A stretch of DNA of 64,000 nucleotides from NCBI GenBank assembly GCA_965240325.2, contig OZ251240.1:434001-498000 (forward strand), read 5' to 3'. Below the pieces are notes generated by a model that was not told the DNA's origin, did not search any database, and was given only the letters and a program-made list of their open reading frames with translations. Shown piece by piece: positions 12,177 through 24,329 of this stretch (positions are counted from its first letter, which is position 1; every line of letters begins with the position of its first letter). The position numbers were made by a program, and so were the translations under genes. The stretch is from Rebecca billardiae RCC1528. Taxonomy: Eukaryota; Protista; Haptophyta.

Positions 12177-14673
12177 TCATGGTGCCGTCGCACGGGCGGC
12201 TGACGATTCGCTCGGCGCCGGCGGTGCCGTGCTGTCGTCCGCGCCGCCGCCCCGCGCGCCGCTGCCGCCCCCCGTGAGCGCGCGCCGCTCGCGCCTGCGC
12301 TCGAGCGCATCGCGCACCCCGGCGCGCGGCTCGCCCGGCGGAGGCGGCGGCTGCACGGGTGGCGCGCTCGGCGGTTCGCCCGCCGTTGGGGTCGGCGGCG
12401 GCGGCGGCGCGGGCCCGCCCGCGGCGCGCTCTGTCGCCGCCGCCGCCTGCGCGTGTCGCGCCGCCCGGCGCGCGCGCCGCGCGCGCCCGCCCTCGAGCCC
12501 GCGCGCATAGTCGGCGCCCGCCGTGCCGGCCTCGACCAGCCGGTGCGACGGCTCGTACCAGCGCAGGTCGGGCTCGCGCGGCGGCTGCTCCTCCTCCTCG
12601 CGCCCGCGCGCGCTCCCGTAGTCAACCGGCGCGCGCGCGCGCGCGCGCAGCAGCTCGTCGCTCGGCTCGAGCGCCAGCCCGTCCGCGCCGGCGCCGGCGC
12701 GCGCGGCCGCCTCGGGCGGCGGGCGCGCGCGCTGCAGCTCGAACGGCACGGGGCGGGGCGGCGAGTGCGCGGGGCGGTGTCCGGGCTGCGCGTGCAGCAC
12801 CTCGCCCTCAGGCAAGGGGTGCGCGCGCGCCTCCTCCGCCCCGCGCGCGCCGCCTCGGCCAAAGCCCACAGCAACGGCCGCCGGGCGCGTGAGCGCATCG
12901 CTCGGCTCCAGCGCCGGCCGCACCGCCCCCACCGGCCCGGCCGCGCCGCCGTCGCCGATTCCACCGCCCGCGCCGTCGTCGTCGGCGCGGCCGGGTGCGC
13001 GAGCCATGTCGACGGGCGCGGGCGCGCGCGGCCGCGTGGGGAGGTCGTCTGAGGCGGTGGGCAGCGCGCGGCCGTCGTCCGCGTGCGCGCCGCCGGCGCC
13101 GTCCGCGCGGCCGAGCTGCATCGCCATCGGCGGCGCGCCCCGCACCGCGCGCCGCGTCGCCGCGTCCGCGTCCGCGCGCGCGTGCGGCAGCAGCGCGCCC
13201 TCGCCGGGCGGCGGCGCCGCGGCCTCTGGTGGCAGCGGCTGGCGGCCCGTCTCGCCGCCGCCGCCGAAGCTCGGCGCGGCGTGCGCGCGCTCCACCTGCG
13301 CATGCGACACGTCGAGGTGCGCCAGCGCTCCCGCCTCGAGCAGCTCGGCCGCGCCGCCGCCCGGCGCGGCCCCGCGCGCGCGCCCCGCCTCGGTCGCGAA
13401 CGCGTGCGCCGGCGCGCGCGGCCGCGTGTGCGCGTGCGCAGCGGCAAGGTCGTAGTGCGCGTGCGCCGCCTCGTCCGCCTCGGCGAGGGTGGCGTCGGCC
13501 GCGTCGCGCCCGAGCTGCAGCTCGAAGGGTACGCCGCCGCCGCCGCCGCCCGCGCGCCGCCCCTCTCCGCCGCGCCCCAGCCAGAGCAGCTCGCCAGCGC
13601 CGACGAGCGGCGGCGGCGGCGGCGCGCCCGGCGCGGCGGGCGCGAGCGCGGCCGCGCCGCCGCCGCCGTCCGAGCGCCCGCTGTGCGCGCTGCCGAAGAC
13701 GACGTTGGGCGGCGCGGGGTGGAGCAGCGCGTGCTGCGGCTCGAGCACGAGGCGCACGCCCTCCACCGCCGCCGCGCCCTCCTCCGCCCCGCCGCCACGC
13801 CCCGTCTCCGCGCGCCCGAACGCGTGCGCCTCCGCGCGCGGACGCACCGCGCCCACCGCGTGCTCATACGTGCCTGGGCCGGGAGCGGCCGCGGCGGCCG
13901 CGTCGGCGTCGAGCTCGACGAAGCGCGGCGCGGCGTGGGCGAAGCGCGAGACGCCGCGCGCCGCGCGCAGCCGCGTCGGCCGCTCATCCGGCTCGAGCCA
14001 CAGCAGCTCCGCGCCCTCGCCCAGCGCGCGCAGCAGCGCCCACACCAGCGCGCCGTCCGCGCCGAGGCCGCGCGCGGCGCCGTTGTCCGCGGCGCGCGCC
14101 GCGTCGCGCGCGCGCGCAAAGGCGTGCGCGCGCGCGTGCGACTCGACGAGCGCCCAGCGCACGCTGTACGAGAGGTCTGCGGTGAGCGGGCGCGCCGCGC
14201 CGCGCGCCGCGCGCGCCGCCATCCTCGCCCACGGCAGCACGCCGCGCGCGCGCGCCCAAGCCGCGTCGGCCGCGCCGCGCGGCGGCGGCGGCGCGAGCGC
14301 CGACAGGGCGAGGGCGGTGGCGCGCGCGCGAGAGACGGCGGCGGCGCGCGCGCGCTCGGCCTCGGCGGAGGGCCCGACGAGGCGGAAGCCCGGCACGCTC
14401 GGCCGCACCGCGCGCACCGCCGCCGCCACCTGCAGCACGAGCACGGCGCCCGCCGACGCGGCCGCGCGCGCCGCGGCCGCGCGCCTGGCCAGCACCGCCG
14501 GCGGCGCGGCCGCGCCGAGCGCGCCCGCGCCGCGGCCGCGCGCGGCCGCGGTGAGTCTGCCAAAGGGGACGCCGAGCGCGCGCGCGCCGAAGACGAGCAC
14601 GCCGAGCGCCGACGCGCCCGGCTCGCCGGCGCCGCCAAAGTACGCCCCCGGGCCTGGCGTCGCCTCCTGCGCC

Positions 14674-14705
<32 letters not shown>

Positions 14706-17121
14706 TCGAAGCATGATGGCAGCGGGCGCGCGCGGCTTGCCGTATGCGTGGTTGGGCTCAAGCAGATTCACGCCGAGGTCGTAGAGGCCCGGCTTGCGCA
14801 GCGGCGGGTGCGCGGGCCCGAGCAGCGCCGCGCGCGTCGCCATCACCGCGCCGCCGCGCACGCGCGCGCGCACCGCGTCCGCGGGCGCCGCGCGCGCGAG
14901 AGCCGCCGACAGCAGTCGGCCCAGCGCCGCGCCGTAGCGCGCGCGCAGCCGCAGCTCCGCGGCGCTGAGCGGGCGCGCGCGCGGCGCGTGCGCGGGGGCG
15001 CGGGGCGCGATGTGCCCGCCGACGCGCGCCGAGCGCTCCACCAGCGCGTACGACGGCGTGCGCATCGGCGCGCCCTCGCCGCCCTCGCCGCCCTCGCCCG
15101 CGGGGCGGGCGGGCGACGCGGCGCGCGCGGCCGCGCGGCTGAGCACAGCGCCCAGCCCGGCCGTGCGCGCGCGCGCGGTGAAGGGGGGCTCGGGCGGCGG
15201 CGCGGGGGGCGGCGGGGGCGGCGGCTCGTCGGCGCGCGGCGCGCGGGCCTCCTCGCGCCCCGTGCGCGCCGCCCACGCCGGCGCGCGCGCCTCCGCACGC
15301 AGCGCCGCGTCGGACGGCGCGTACGTGGCGGGGCCGGGTGCGCGCGCGGCCGCGGCGGCGCGCGCGCGCGCGGCGAGCGCGCGGCCGCGCGGCGCCGGCG
15401 CGGCCGCGGCGTCGGCCGACGCGTGCGCGCGGCCAAAGGTGGGCGCGGGCACGTGCTTCTCCGCGGGCAGCGCCGGCGCGCCGTACGCGCCGGGCGCGCG
15501 CCGCGCCTCCTCGCGCGCCGCCGCCTCGCGCCGCGCGGCCGCTCGCGCGTCGAGCGCCGCCGGCGGCGCAATCCGAGCGGCGGGCGCGCGCGCTCGCGTC
15601 GAGAGGGCCGCGTCCGCCGGCGCGTCGAGGAGGGCGGTGGAGGCGTCGGAGGCGTCGGTCATCGCGGAGGGCGAGCGGAGCAGCGCCGCCTCCGCCGCCG
15701 CCGCCGCGCGCTCCAGCGCCAGCTCGCGCGCACGCGGCGCCACCTCGCGCTTCGCCTTGGGCCACGCGCCGCCGCGCGAGCGGAGCGCCGCGTCCTCGGC
15801 CGAGCCGGCGCTGCCCGCGCTGCGGCTGCTGCGCACGCTGCTGCCGCCGGCGGAGAGCGCGCTGGTGCTCGCGAGCGCGGGGGCGCGCGGCTCCGGCGCG
15901 AAGCGCGCCGCGCGCCCCATCGCGCCGCCGAGCACGCGGCGCTCCACCTGCGCAAACGACGCCGCCTCCTCCCCCTCCCCCTCAGATGCAGAGGACCGCA
16001 GCTCGGATGCGCCAGAGCCCGCTCCCGGCTCTGATGCCGCCGGCGAGGCGGAGCGCGAGCGGCGCGCGCTGCGAGGGCGCGGCGCGCCGATCGAGTACGC
16101 GGGCGCCACGCGGCGCACAAAGTGCAGCGGCGGCGGCGTGCCCGCCTCGGCCACGGCGTCAGGCGGGCGCGCGGGCGGCGCGCGGCCGCGCAGCGCGGGC
16201 GCGCGCGCAGCCGTCCTCAGAGCGTCCGCGGGCGCCGCCGGCCCGAGCCGCTCCGCCGCGTGCGCCGCGCCGAGGCCGCGCTTGTGCCGCGCGCTGCCGA
16301 GCCGCCGCCGCGCCGCCGCAGACGCCTCCGACTCCGACGGCGGGGCGATGCGCGCGGCGGCCGAGCGCGGGCGCACAGCCCCGTCCCGAGGCGCGCCGTA
16401 CTCGCCCGGGCCGGGCGCGCGCGCCGCCGCCGCCGCGCGCCGCAGCTCCGCCGAGCTCGGCGGCGCGGCCGGCGGCGCGATGCGCGCCGAGAGCACGCGC
16501 GGGCGCACCGCGTCCACGCGCGGCTCGAGCTCGCTCACCGGCTGCTCCTCCGCACCACGCCGCGGCTCGCCGAGGCGCGAGGTGTCGCGCACCTCTCGGC
16601 CAAAGTGAGCCGCTGGCCGGCTCGTGCGCACCGCCGCGTCCGCCTCGGCGACGCGGAGCGGCTCGCCGCCGCTCGCCGGCGGGAGGCGCGAGGGCGCGTC
16701 GTCGCGCTCCGCCCGGCCAAACGGCCCGCCCGCCGGCGCGCACCGACCGCCGAAGCCGTTCATCAACGCGAGCACGTCCGCGCCCGGGCCGAGGCCGGAG
16801 GCAGGCGGCTCGCGCGACGGCGCGTCGTCGCGCTCGGCGCGGCCGAAGGGGCCGCCGGCGGGCACGCGCCGGCTCGGACCGCTCATCAGGGCGCTCACGT
16901 CCACGCCAGGATCGCCCGTCGCCGCGGGATCGCGCGACGGCGCGTCGTCGCGCTCGGCACGCGCAAACGGGCCGCCCGGCGGCCGGCGGTCCGTGGGCGC
17001 GCACGCGCACGGCGCTGAGCGCGGCCCCCGCAGGCAGCAGCAGCAGCACGCCGTGGCAAAATCCGAGCCGAAGAGATCATCGATCGACGGCAGCGCCGCC
17101 GAGGCGAGCGTCTCCACGTGC
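12177..17121 (-). CDS. Large Ala/Arg/Pro-rich protein with SHIPPO/sperm-tail PG-rich repeats (ODF3/STPG-like, probably axonemal)
   Basis: Long ORF with repeated PGPGxY motifs (APGPGEY, APGPATY, TPGPGAY, APGPGTY), recurring FGR/GR motifs and three N-terminal GGPFxRAERDDAPSR repeats. Start codon and possible short introns are uncertain. Confidence 0.7.
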
Positions 17122-17395
17122 ATTGCCCTCCAGCGCCGCGCGTGGCCCGTTGGCGCCGCCCTCCAGCCGCCACAAGCCCAAATTCGAAGCTGGCTCGCGC
17201 GCGCAGCGCTCACCCAACTTTTTCAAGTGTGAACTTTCCCGTCCTCAAGGATTATTTTGGGAAACTCGGAAAATGAGACGAAAATCAAAATCCGCTGCTG
17301 GCGCCTGCTGCGTTCGCGTCCACAGCCATCCGCCGCGAGGCGCCGCCTGCTGCCGCGCCGCCGCGGTCGTAGACGTGCACGCGGTGATGGCACAC

Positions 17396-17454
17396 GCGGT
17401 CGGGCAGAGGCATGTCGCCATTCTCGCGGTCGGGCAGAGGCATGTCGCCATTCT
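17396..17454. repeat. Tandem duplication, 2 x 30 bp
   Basis: gcggtcgggcagaggcatgtcgccattct occurs twice in tandem. Confidence 0.85.
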
Positions 17455-18226
17455 GCGCCGCCTTGCGCCGCGCGACTCGCGTCTGACCATCCTCTCCGCG
17501 CCTTGAGCCCGCACGGACGTGTGCGCCGCCTCCGTCCGTCCGACTAACTCACTTCATGTCAGCCGCGCTCAGCGCTGCCAGGCGTCCCCGCCGCAAAGTA
17601 CTTCATTTAACGTCGTGGCATGCAACGGGCAGGCGTCAGAGTCAGCAAGCTGTAGCAGTAGATCGGGCAGCAGGGACAAACACCAGGATCAGCGCTCCTC
17701 GCCGTCGTCCCCCCCCCCTCGTAGTCGCCCATCACTCCAGTTCTCTGCGCGCTCAGCGCTGAGCAAGCGGTAGGGGGGTTATGATGCCCGATGTAGCACA
17801 CATGTCTGACATGACCCCCTCTGCCTCCATAGCTGCACGAGTGAAATACAGGCGCCTCGCTGCCAGGGCCAGTGGCCCAGACGGGCAGACCCCTGCCCAG
17901 CTACTGGGCTCGATGACAGTCCCCTCAGTTCCCTTCCCCGCGCAGGGATCGGCTAGTGGCTGGCCCTCTGCCCACACTGGGGCACCCTAGGGGGTGCCCC
18001 TTCTGCCGACTCGGCTGTCAAACTCGATGATCTTGAATTGCAAGGCCGTATTCACTGCTTGTACCTCGGGGACCACCCCACAGTGTTGGGCTCGTATGCT
18101 GTTGGCAATGGCATACCCCCGCCCCCTCTGGAGGCGGGCTGTCCACAGTGGAGTGGTGTCAAGACACTAGGTGTCTCGGTCAGTGGTTTGAGGTTGGGTG
18201 AGGGTGGTGGTTGGTTGGGGGCTGGC

Positions 18227-18418
18227 CAGGGTAGGGCTGGAGGCTTCGGCCGCCAGCCTGATCACCCGGAGCCCGTTATATATAAAGGGGAATTTAAAAA
18301 ACAACATCCGGCTCATGAGGCAACACTGTTAATATTATCAATCAGACCGCTCATCAGGCTACTTCATGGGTCTGAGTAGTTCGGCAGCCTGATAAATAAT
18401 AGGACGCTTACAAACTTG
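18227..18418. repeat. ~190-bp repeat unit, intact copy; the second copy (19571-32186) is interrupted by three insertions
   Basis: Its segments recur in order at 19571-19622, 20936-20949, 22272-22354 and 32137-32186. Confidence 0.9.
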
Positions 18419-18679
18419 ACAAAATGTCCAATGTACCCTTTTCCTCTGAAAGGGCCAAAACGAGCAGACTGCAGACGATAAATCGAATAAACGAATAACA
18501 AATTCCGCACCATCGCCGCGCGATGTGCCCTTGCGATCGAGTTGGGCCAAATGGGTCGGGAACAACGGACCGCGTGCGAGCCCCGGCCCGGACCGCCGTC
18601 CGCGCGCAAAAGCAATCCAAAGCGATCCACTGACCGATCCGGCGGCAAACGGCCCACACCCCTCGCCCATCCTCTGCCC

Positions 18680-19564
18680 ATGGCGTCGCACCTGCTGCTC
18701 GCGACGGTCGCCGCCGTGCCGGCGCACGCACCCATGACTCCGGAGCTCGCTCCGCGCCGCGTGCGCACCGATGGCCACGATGGCGACTCAGCTCGCGCCA
18801 TGCATCACGTCAGAGCGCTCGTGGACGCCGAGGCGGACTCAGATCGTGAGTGCATCGAGAACCTCCTGGTGCGCTGTGCCTTCACGCAGCACCTCCAACG
18901 CGACAGCATGTGCTGGGGCGTGGTGCCGGGAGCGGTGAGTGGCGCGCAGATCGTCATGCGCGACAAGACGCGCCGCTCGAGCCTCGCGCCATGCACCGTG
19001 CTGCGAGCAGTGGACAGCAACCGACAGCAGTCTCCCTCCGTTGCGTACGAGGTGCTCAAACCCGACGGCAGCACCGTCCTCGCCGAGTGCGGGCAGATCA
19101 CGCTGGCGAGCTCGCCGCTGCAGCTCTCTCGGCAGGGCCTCGTGCTGCCCGGGTGCACGGTGCGAATTCACGCCGGCGACGCCGATCACGAGATGCGCGG
19201 GGTGGTGACAGGAGCGCATCCGGCGGCGGTGGTCGGAGCACAGCAGCGCTCCCTCCCGTGGTACGAGGTGCGCGCGGACGACGGCACTGTGCACGAGTTG
19301 CACGCCGCGCAATTCGGCCGGCGAGCTGCGGGCGAGACACGCAATCAGAGCTTGGCGCGAGGCAAGAAGTGCGTGACGGCCATGCACTGCGCCGGACGCG
19401 CCTCCCCCCGACGGATATCACGTGGTCACAGCAGCCCGGGTGCGCGCCCCACGGCCGCCCTGCGGCCTGTGAAGGAGCTTTCTATGCCACCCGCATTGGG
19501 CCAAGAAGGCCAAGCGTGGGAGCTGCGAGGGCGCCCGGTAGTGAGCGAAGCGACCCGGCAGTGA
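18680..19564 (+). CDS. Hypothetical protein within mobile region, possible tandem SH3/Tudor-like beta domains
   Basis: Coding-like ORF with two similar motifs, AYEVLKPDGS and PWYEVRADDG. It lies between the two copies of the 190-bp repeat, and its 3' end runs into repeat-derived sequence. Confidence 0.4.
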   Translation: MASHLLLATVAAVPAHAPMTPELAPRRVRTDGHDGDSARAMHHVRALVDAEADSDRECIENLLVRCAFTQHLQRDSMCWGVVPGAVSGAQIVMRDKTRRSSLAPCTVLRAVDSNRQQSPSVAYEVLKPDGSTVLAECGQITLASSPLQLSRQGLVLPGCTVRIHAGDADHEMRGVVTGAHPAAVVGAQQRSLPWYEVRADDGTVHELHAAQFGRRAAGETRNQSLARGKKCVTAMHCAGRASPRRISRGHSSPGARPTAALRPVKELSMPPALGQEGQAWELRGRPVVSEATRQ

Positions 19565-19622
19565 GCGAGGCAGGGTAGGGCTGGAGGCTTCGGCCGCCAG
19601 CCTGATCACCCGGAGCCCGTTA

Positions 19623-20935
19623 TGGCGGGCCGTAGGTCCGCCCCTTGTAGTGCCCGGGAAAAAGATAAGAAAAAGATCAGAAAAAGAAAATCCTCGCCAA
19701 GAAAAGAAAATCGCCTCGCTCACTACCGGGCGCCCTCGCAGCTCCCACTGGGGACGCTCGGCCGAAAACCATCTGGCGCCTGGCGCGGAGCGCGTGGGCG
19801 GCGCGCGCCGAATCCAACGCCAGCGCGGACATCGTGAGAGGACTCCCGAACGGTGTTTTCGCCCGATTCGCGATTGCTGCCCTCGTCGTCTCGCGTGCAG
19901 GTCGAACGAGGGCCAAAGTCGACGCGTTTGGAGGTACGCTCGGCGCGTCGACACGATCGTGCGACCTGGGGCGGTCCTCGCCCGACTTGCACGTCGAGCG
20001 CTCGCATGAGCCATAGCATCAAGCGCTGCGCACGATGGCCGCCTCGCTCGATTCACCGTCGCGCGTCGGGCTCGGTGCGGAAAGGCCCTCATCACGAGGT
20101 GTCTCGCGGGCGGGAAGCGCCATCCCACGCGACGCAAGATTTGGCGCGGCCTTCTGAACACCATAACCGGAATCCACACACCGGACTATGTATCCAGGTG
20201 CCCCGGTTGGCAAGGTCGGGCGCATGCAAATCCGTTTGCTACGGTCGGTGGCGTTGTCCGGCCTGCATGGCGTCGACGGTGGCCAATGCGACGGAGGGGC
20301 AGCGCAAAGCGGCGTACGACGCGCACTGCACGCACCTGCTGGGTCTGCCGCCGTGGCAGGAATCGCGTCTTCGCGAGTCGGCGACTGAGGCGACAGCGCG
20401 CTATCACCGATCCCAGATGCGCACTGTCCGCGACGAGATGAAACGTCGCGCGTGCAGAATCGCCGCCCCATCCTCCACCATGGCACGGGCGCTGCGGGAC
20501 GAGGCCGACGTCGTGAAGCCGGTGACGCATGCGCTGCGCTTCCTGTGCCTGCTCGAGCAGCGCGTGCCCACCCTCGATCGCGAGTGGCACACGCTCTCGC
20601 ACTGCGCGCGCGCGCACCACCAACAGCTCCTGATACCGCCGAACGTGCGAGTGCCGGACCTGTCGCACGGAGCGGCGAGCGCCGACGAACGCTTGGACCT
20701 GGGCGCGCTGTTGCGCAGCGTGGCGGCCGTGCACGACGCCGACGCGACCTTCGCCGAACCTCGTGCCCGGAGCGGACATTGGCATCCTCGCGACACACGA
20801 TCTCAGCTGGCGGCAGGAGGAGATGCTCTTTCGTCATCCTGCCCGTAAACACGCTAAAAGGCGCGAACCCGCTGGGGAAATATTGCGACAGCACTGGCAC
20901 GGCCCGCCGACCCCCCCGCCCGCCAGGGCACAGTT
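19623..20935 (+). mobile_element. Non-autonomous ~1.3-kb element 'R', copy 1 (no TSD, terminal hairpin; rolling-circle/Helitron-like?)
   Basis: Near-identical to 20950-22271 and homologous to the inverted copy at 55992-57464. Terminal hairpin ggcgggcc-gta-ggtccgcc. Confidence 0.75.
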
Positions 20936-20949
20936 TTTATAAAGGGGAA

Positions 20950-22271
20950 TGGCGGGCCGTAGGTCCGCCCCTTGTAGTGCCCGGGAAAAAGATAAGAAAA
21001 GATAAGAAAAAGAAAATCGCCTCGCCAAGAAAAGAAAATCGCCTCGCTCACTACCGGGCGCCCTCGCAGCTCCCACTGGGGACGCTCGGCCGAAAACCAT
21101 CTGGCGCCTGGCGCGGAGCGCGTGGGCGGCGCGCGCCGAATCCAACGCCGGCGCGGACATCGTGAGAGGACTCCCGAACGGTGTTTTCGCCCGATTCGCG
21201 ATTGCTGCCCTCGTCGTCTCGCGTGCAGGTCGAACGAGGGCCAAAGTCGACGCGTTTGGAGGTACGCTCGGCGCGTCGACACGATCGTGCGACCTGGGGC
21301 GGTCCTCGCCCGACTTGCACGTCGAGCGCTCGCACGAGCCATAGCATCAAGCGCTGCGCACGATGGCCGCCTCGCTCGATTCACCGTCGCGCGTCGGGCT
21401 CGGTGCGGAAAGGCCCTCATCACGAGGTGTCTCGCGGGCGGGAAGCGCCATCCCACGCGACGCAAGATTTGGCGCGGCCTTCTGAACACCATAACCGGAA
21501 TCCACACACCGGACTATCGCGTGCCCCGGTTGGCAAGGTCGGGCGCATGCAAATCCGTTTGCTACGGTCGGTGGCGTTGTCCGGCCTGCATGGCGTCGAC
21601 GGTGGCCAATGCGACGGAGGGGCAGCGCAAAGCGGCGTACGACGCGCACTGCACGCACCTGCTGGGTCTGCCGCCGTGGCAGGAATCGCGTCTTCGCGAG
21701 TCGGCGACTGAGGCGACAGCGCGCTATCACCGATCCCAGATGCGCACTAACCCTAGCACTGTCCGCGACGAGATGAAACGTCGCGCGTGCAGAATCGCCG
21801 CCCCATCCTCCACCATGGCACGGGCGCTGCGGGACGAGGCCGACGTCGTGAAGCCGGTGACGCATGCGCTGCGCTTCCTGTGCCTGCTCGAGCAGCTCGT
21901 GCCCACCCTCGATCGCGAGTGGCACACGCTCTCGCACTGCGCGCGCGCGCACCACCAACAGCTCCTGATACTGCCGAACGTGCGAGTGCCAGACCTGTCG
22001 CACGGAGCGGCGAGCGCCGACGAACGCTTGGACCTGGACGCGCTGTTGCGCAGCGTGGCGGCCGTGCACGACGCCGACGCGACCTTCGCCGAACCTCGTG
22101 CCCGGAGCGGACATTGGCATCCTCGCGACACACGATCTCAGCTGGCGGCAGGAGGAGATGCTCTTTCGTCATCCTGCCCGTAAAAACGCTAAAAGGCGCG
22201 AACCCGCTGGGGAAATATTGCGACAGCACTGGCACGGCCCGCCGACCCCCCCCGCCCGCCAGGGCACAGTT
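20950..22271 (+). mobile_element. Element 'R', copy 2
   Basis: Near-identical to copy 1. Inserted at ggggaa|tttaaaaaac relative to the empty site at ~18287-18302, with no duplication. Confidence 0.75.
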
Positions 22272-24329
22272 TTTAAAAAACAACATCCGGCTCATGAGGC
22301 AACACTGTTAATATTATCAATCAGACCGCTCATCAGGCTACTTCATGGGTCTGACAATACGGTTTGGCGCTTTTCGGCCAACTCAACAGAAGGATGTTCT
22401 GTTGAGTTGGCCGATCGGCGAGGGGGGGGGGTGGGCTCGACAACAGGGCCCAGGCTCTGTTGAGTTGAGCTTGGAGGCCAGCTGGACTCGACAGAAGAAT
22501 GCTCTGTTGAGTCGGTCGGACGTTGGCGGCCTCTCGACAGAGCCCTGGTCTGTTGAGTTGATCGTTGGTGGACACCGGTGATGGGGGTGCCTTGGGGCGC
22601 ACCGACGGCGTAAAGGCGCTGCGGGCGCTGCGGTGCGCGCGACGGCGGCGCGCCCGGTGGCGCTGCTGTTGGAAGCTACTGCGCCCCTCTCCACCTCGCG
22701 CGCTTCGCTCGTCGTCGCCGTCTCCGCACCTGCTACCGGCATGCACGCGTGCGCAGCGCCTCGGACGCCCGTTGACGGCGCGCGCCCCGGCAACCGCCCA
22801 TCACCGGCGGCGGCGAGTGCTGTTGCGGTTGGATGGAATCGGATGGTCTGCTGATAGTTGGACCAACCAACCAACGCCCTCGGTGGGCTTGGGCTTTGGT
22901 GTACGGAGCGTTCGGTGGAACTTGAGCCTCGGCACATTTCCCAGCGAAGTGGCCCACCTCGACGTGGCTGGCACGCTCGTCACGCGCTCCCGAGCGCTCG
23001 TTTCGCGGTGCCGCAGGCCTTGGGCAGACCAGTCAGACATGGCGCGACCGCATTACCGGGCCATGTGCGCACCACATCCGCGCTACGTGGCCTGCGCTCT
23101 GGACGACTGGGAGTCAATGCCCGGACCCACTGCATTCCACTGCCCCGCATGCACCCCGAGTCACCGTCAGAAGGCGTCGACGAGCGCAGAGCGGGTGCGC
23201 GGGAGTTCAACCAACTCGTGTACCTTCTTGCAAGCACCAGTGGCGAGGTCGCACGCCCAATCGTGACCAGCCGTGGAACTTGAGCCGGTCGGCAGCAAAA
23301 CCACCGTGTGGCGGCCGAGATGAAGTAGCAGCGTGCAACTGCAAGGAGGAGGCGCGGTGCGTGTCCGCGGCTGGCGAGAGGCGTCCGGACCGTGATGTTC
23401 TCGGCCGCGTCCGCGCGCTTCCCGCCGCCGCAGGCCCCGTGTACGCCCGTCGTCGCCCTCGCCGCGTGGGGCGTGGGCGCCCACCGAGCTCAAGTTCCAT
23501 GGCAAGGAAGTACTGTACTGATCTACAGTTTACTATGATACAGTACGTAGTAAGATTTAACGTGCACACTTGGTTCAACAGTACGTAGTGATCTTGACAA
23601 TGTGGCCGTGCACGCGGCAACAGGGCTCAGGCGGCCCAGTTGTCGAGTGCAGGCGTGTGTGGCTTGCGATGGCAGCCAGCCGTCAGCCGGGGCGCCACGC
23701 CCACGGTTCGCTGGTGGGCTGGCCCGATGGCGTCGCAGAGCTCACGCGTACGGGGGAGGAGGGCATCGACGAGGAGACGACCAAGGGCGAGAAGCAGCCG
23801 GGGGCACGCAGCACGGGGCTCGGAGCATGCCGCCAGCACGCGTGCCTCCACACCGTCGCACGTCACCCTTGCTCGTAGCTGTGCGCTGTGCTGCACTCAT
23901 CTCACCATCGCCCATGCTACGGGCGCGGCCGGGTGGTGGACATCTACCTGTCGGCGCAGCACTGGCATCGGTGGTCGCCAGACACTTCTCGACTTGCTCT
24001 GCGCGTGACAGCAAGGAGACGGCAGCGCCACAGCTGTGTGAGCAGATGTCAGGTGCTGCTCTGCTCAGTGAGGCTGATAGACTGAGCACGCATGGCGGGC
24101 GCTGGCATTCCCCCGCATCCATGAGCCCAACAGGTGCATAGCCGTGCCCAGGAGCGCAGGACCAACCGCCCGGTGCTTCTTCAAACACCTGCGCCCCACG
24201 CTGCAGGCAGGATGAGGGGCGCTCGACTCTACGCCGCACGCGGCGGCAGCAGCTGGGCCGCTGGGATGGTCCTGCGCGGATGACGGCGGTCGCCGCGGCT
24301 GACAGCTTGGTGTCACTGGTTCGACGGGC

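Noticed and set aside
1-17500. Many long Arg/Ala-rich overlapping ORFs (e.g. 82..2739, 1349..3154, 13083..16034)
   Set aside because: Antisense or off-frame shadows of real genes in extremely GC-rich DNA.
17770-18226. CpG-poor stretch with hairpin ggggcaccc-tagg-gggtgcccc as a defined element
   Set aside because: Probably an old repeat, but no second copy, termini or coding signal in the window support a call.
18340-18395. Hammerhead ribozyme (CUGAUGA on the minus strand)
   Set aside because: No properly placed GAAA and no stem I/III with a UH cleavage site.
18227-19622. 190-bp direct repeats as LTRs of a TRIM/retroelement
   Set aside because: No TG..CA ends, PBS, PPT or TSD seen.
19623-22271. 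R1-R2 as a simple tandem or rolling-circle concatemer
   Set aside because: The 14 bp between them belong to the target sequence seen at the empty site, which favours two separate insertions.
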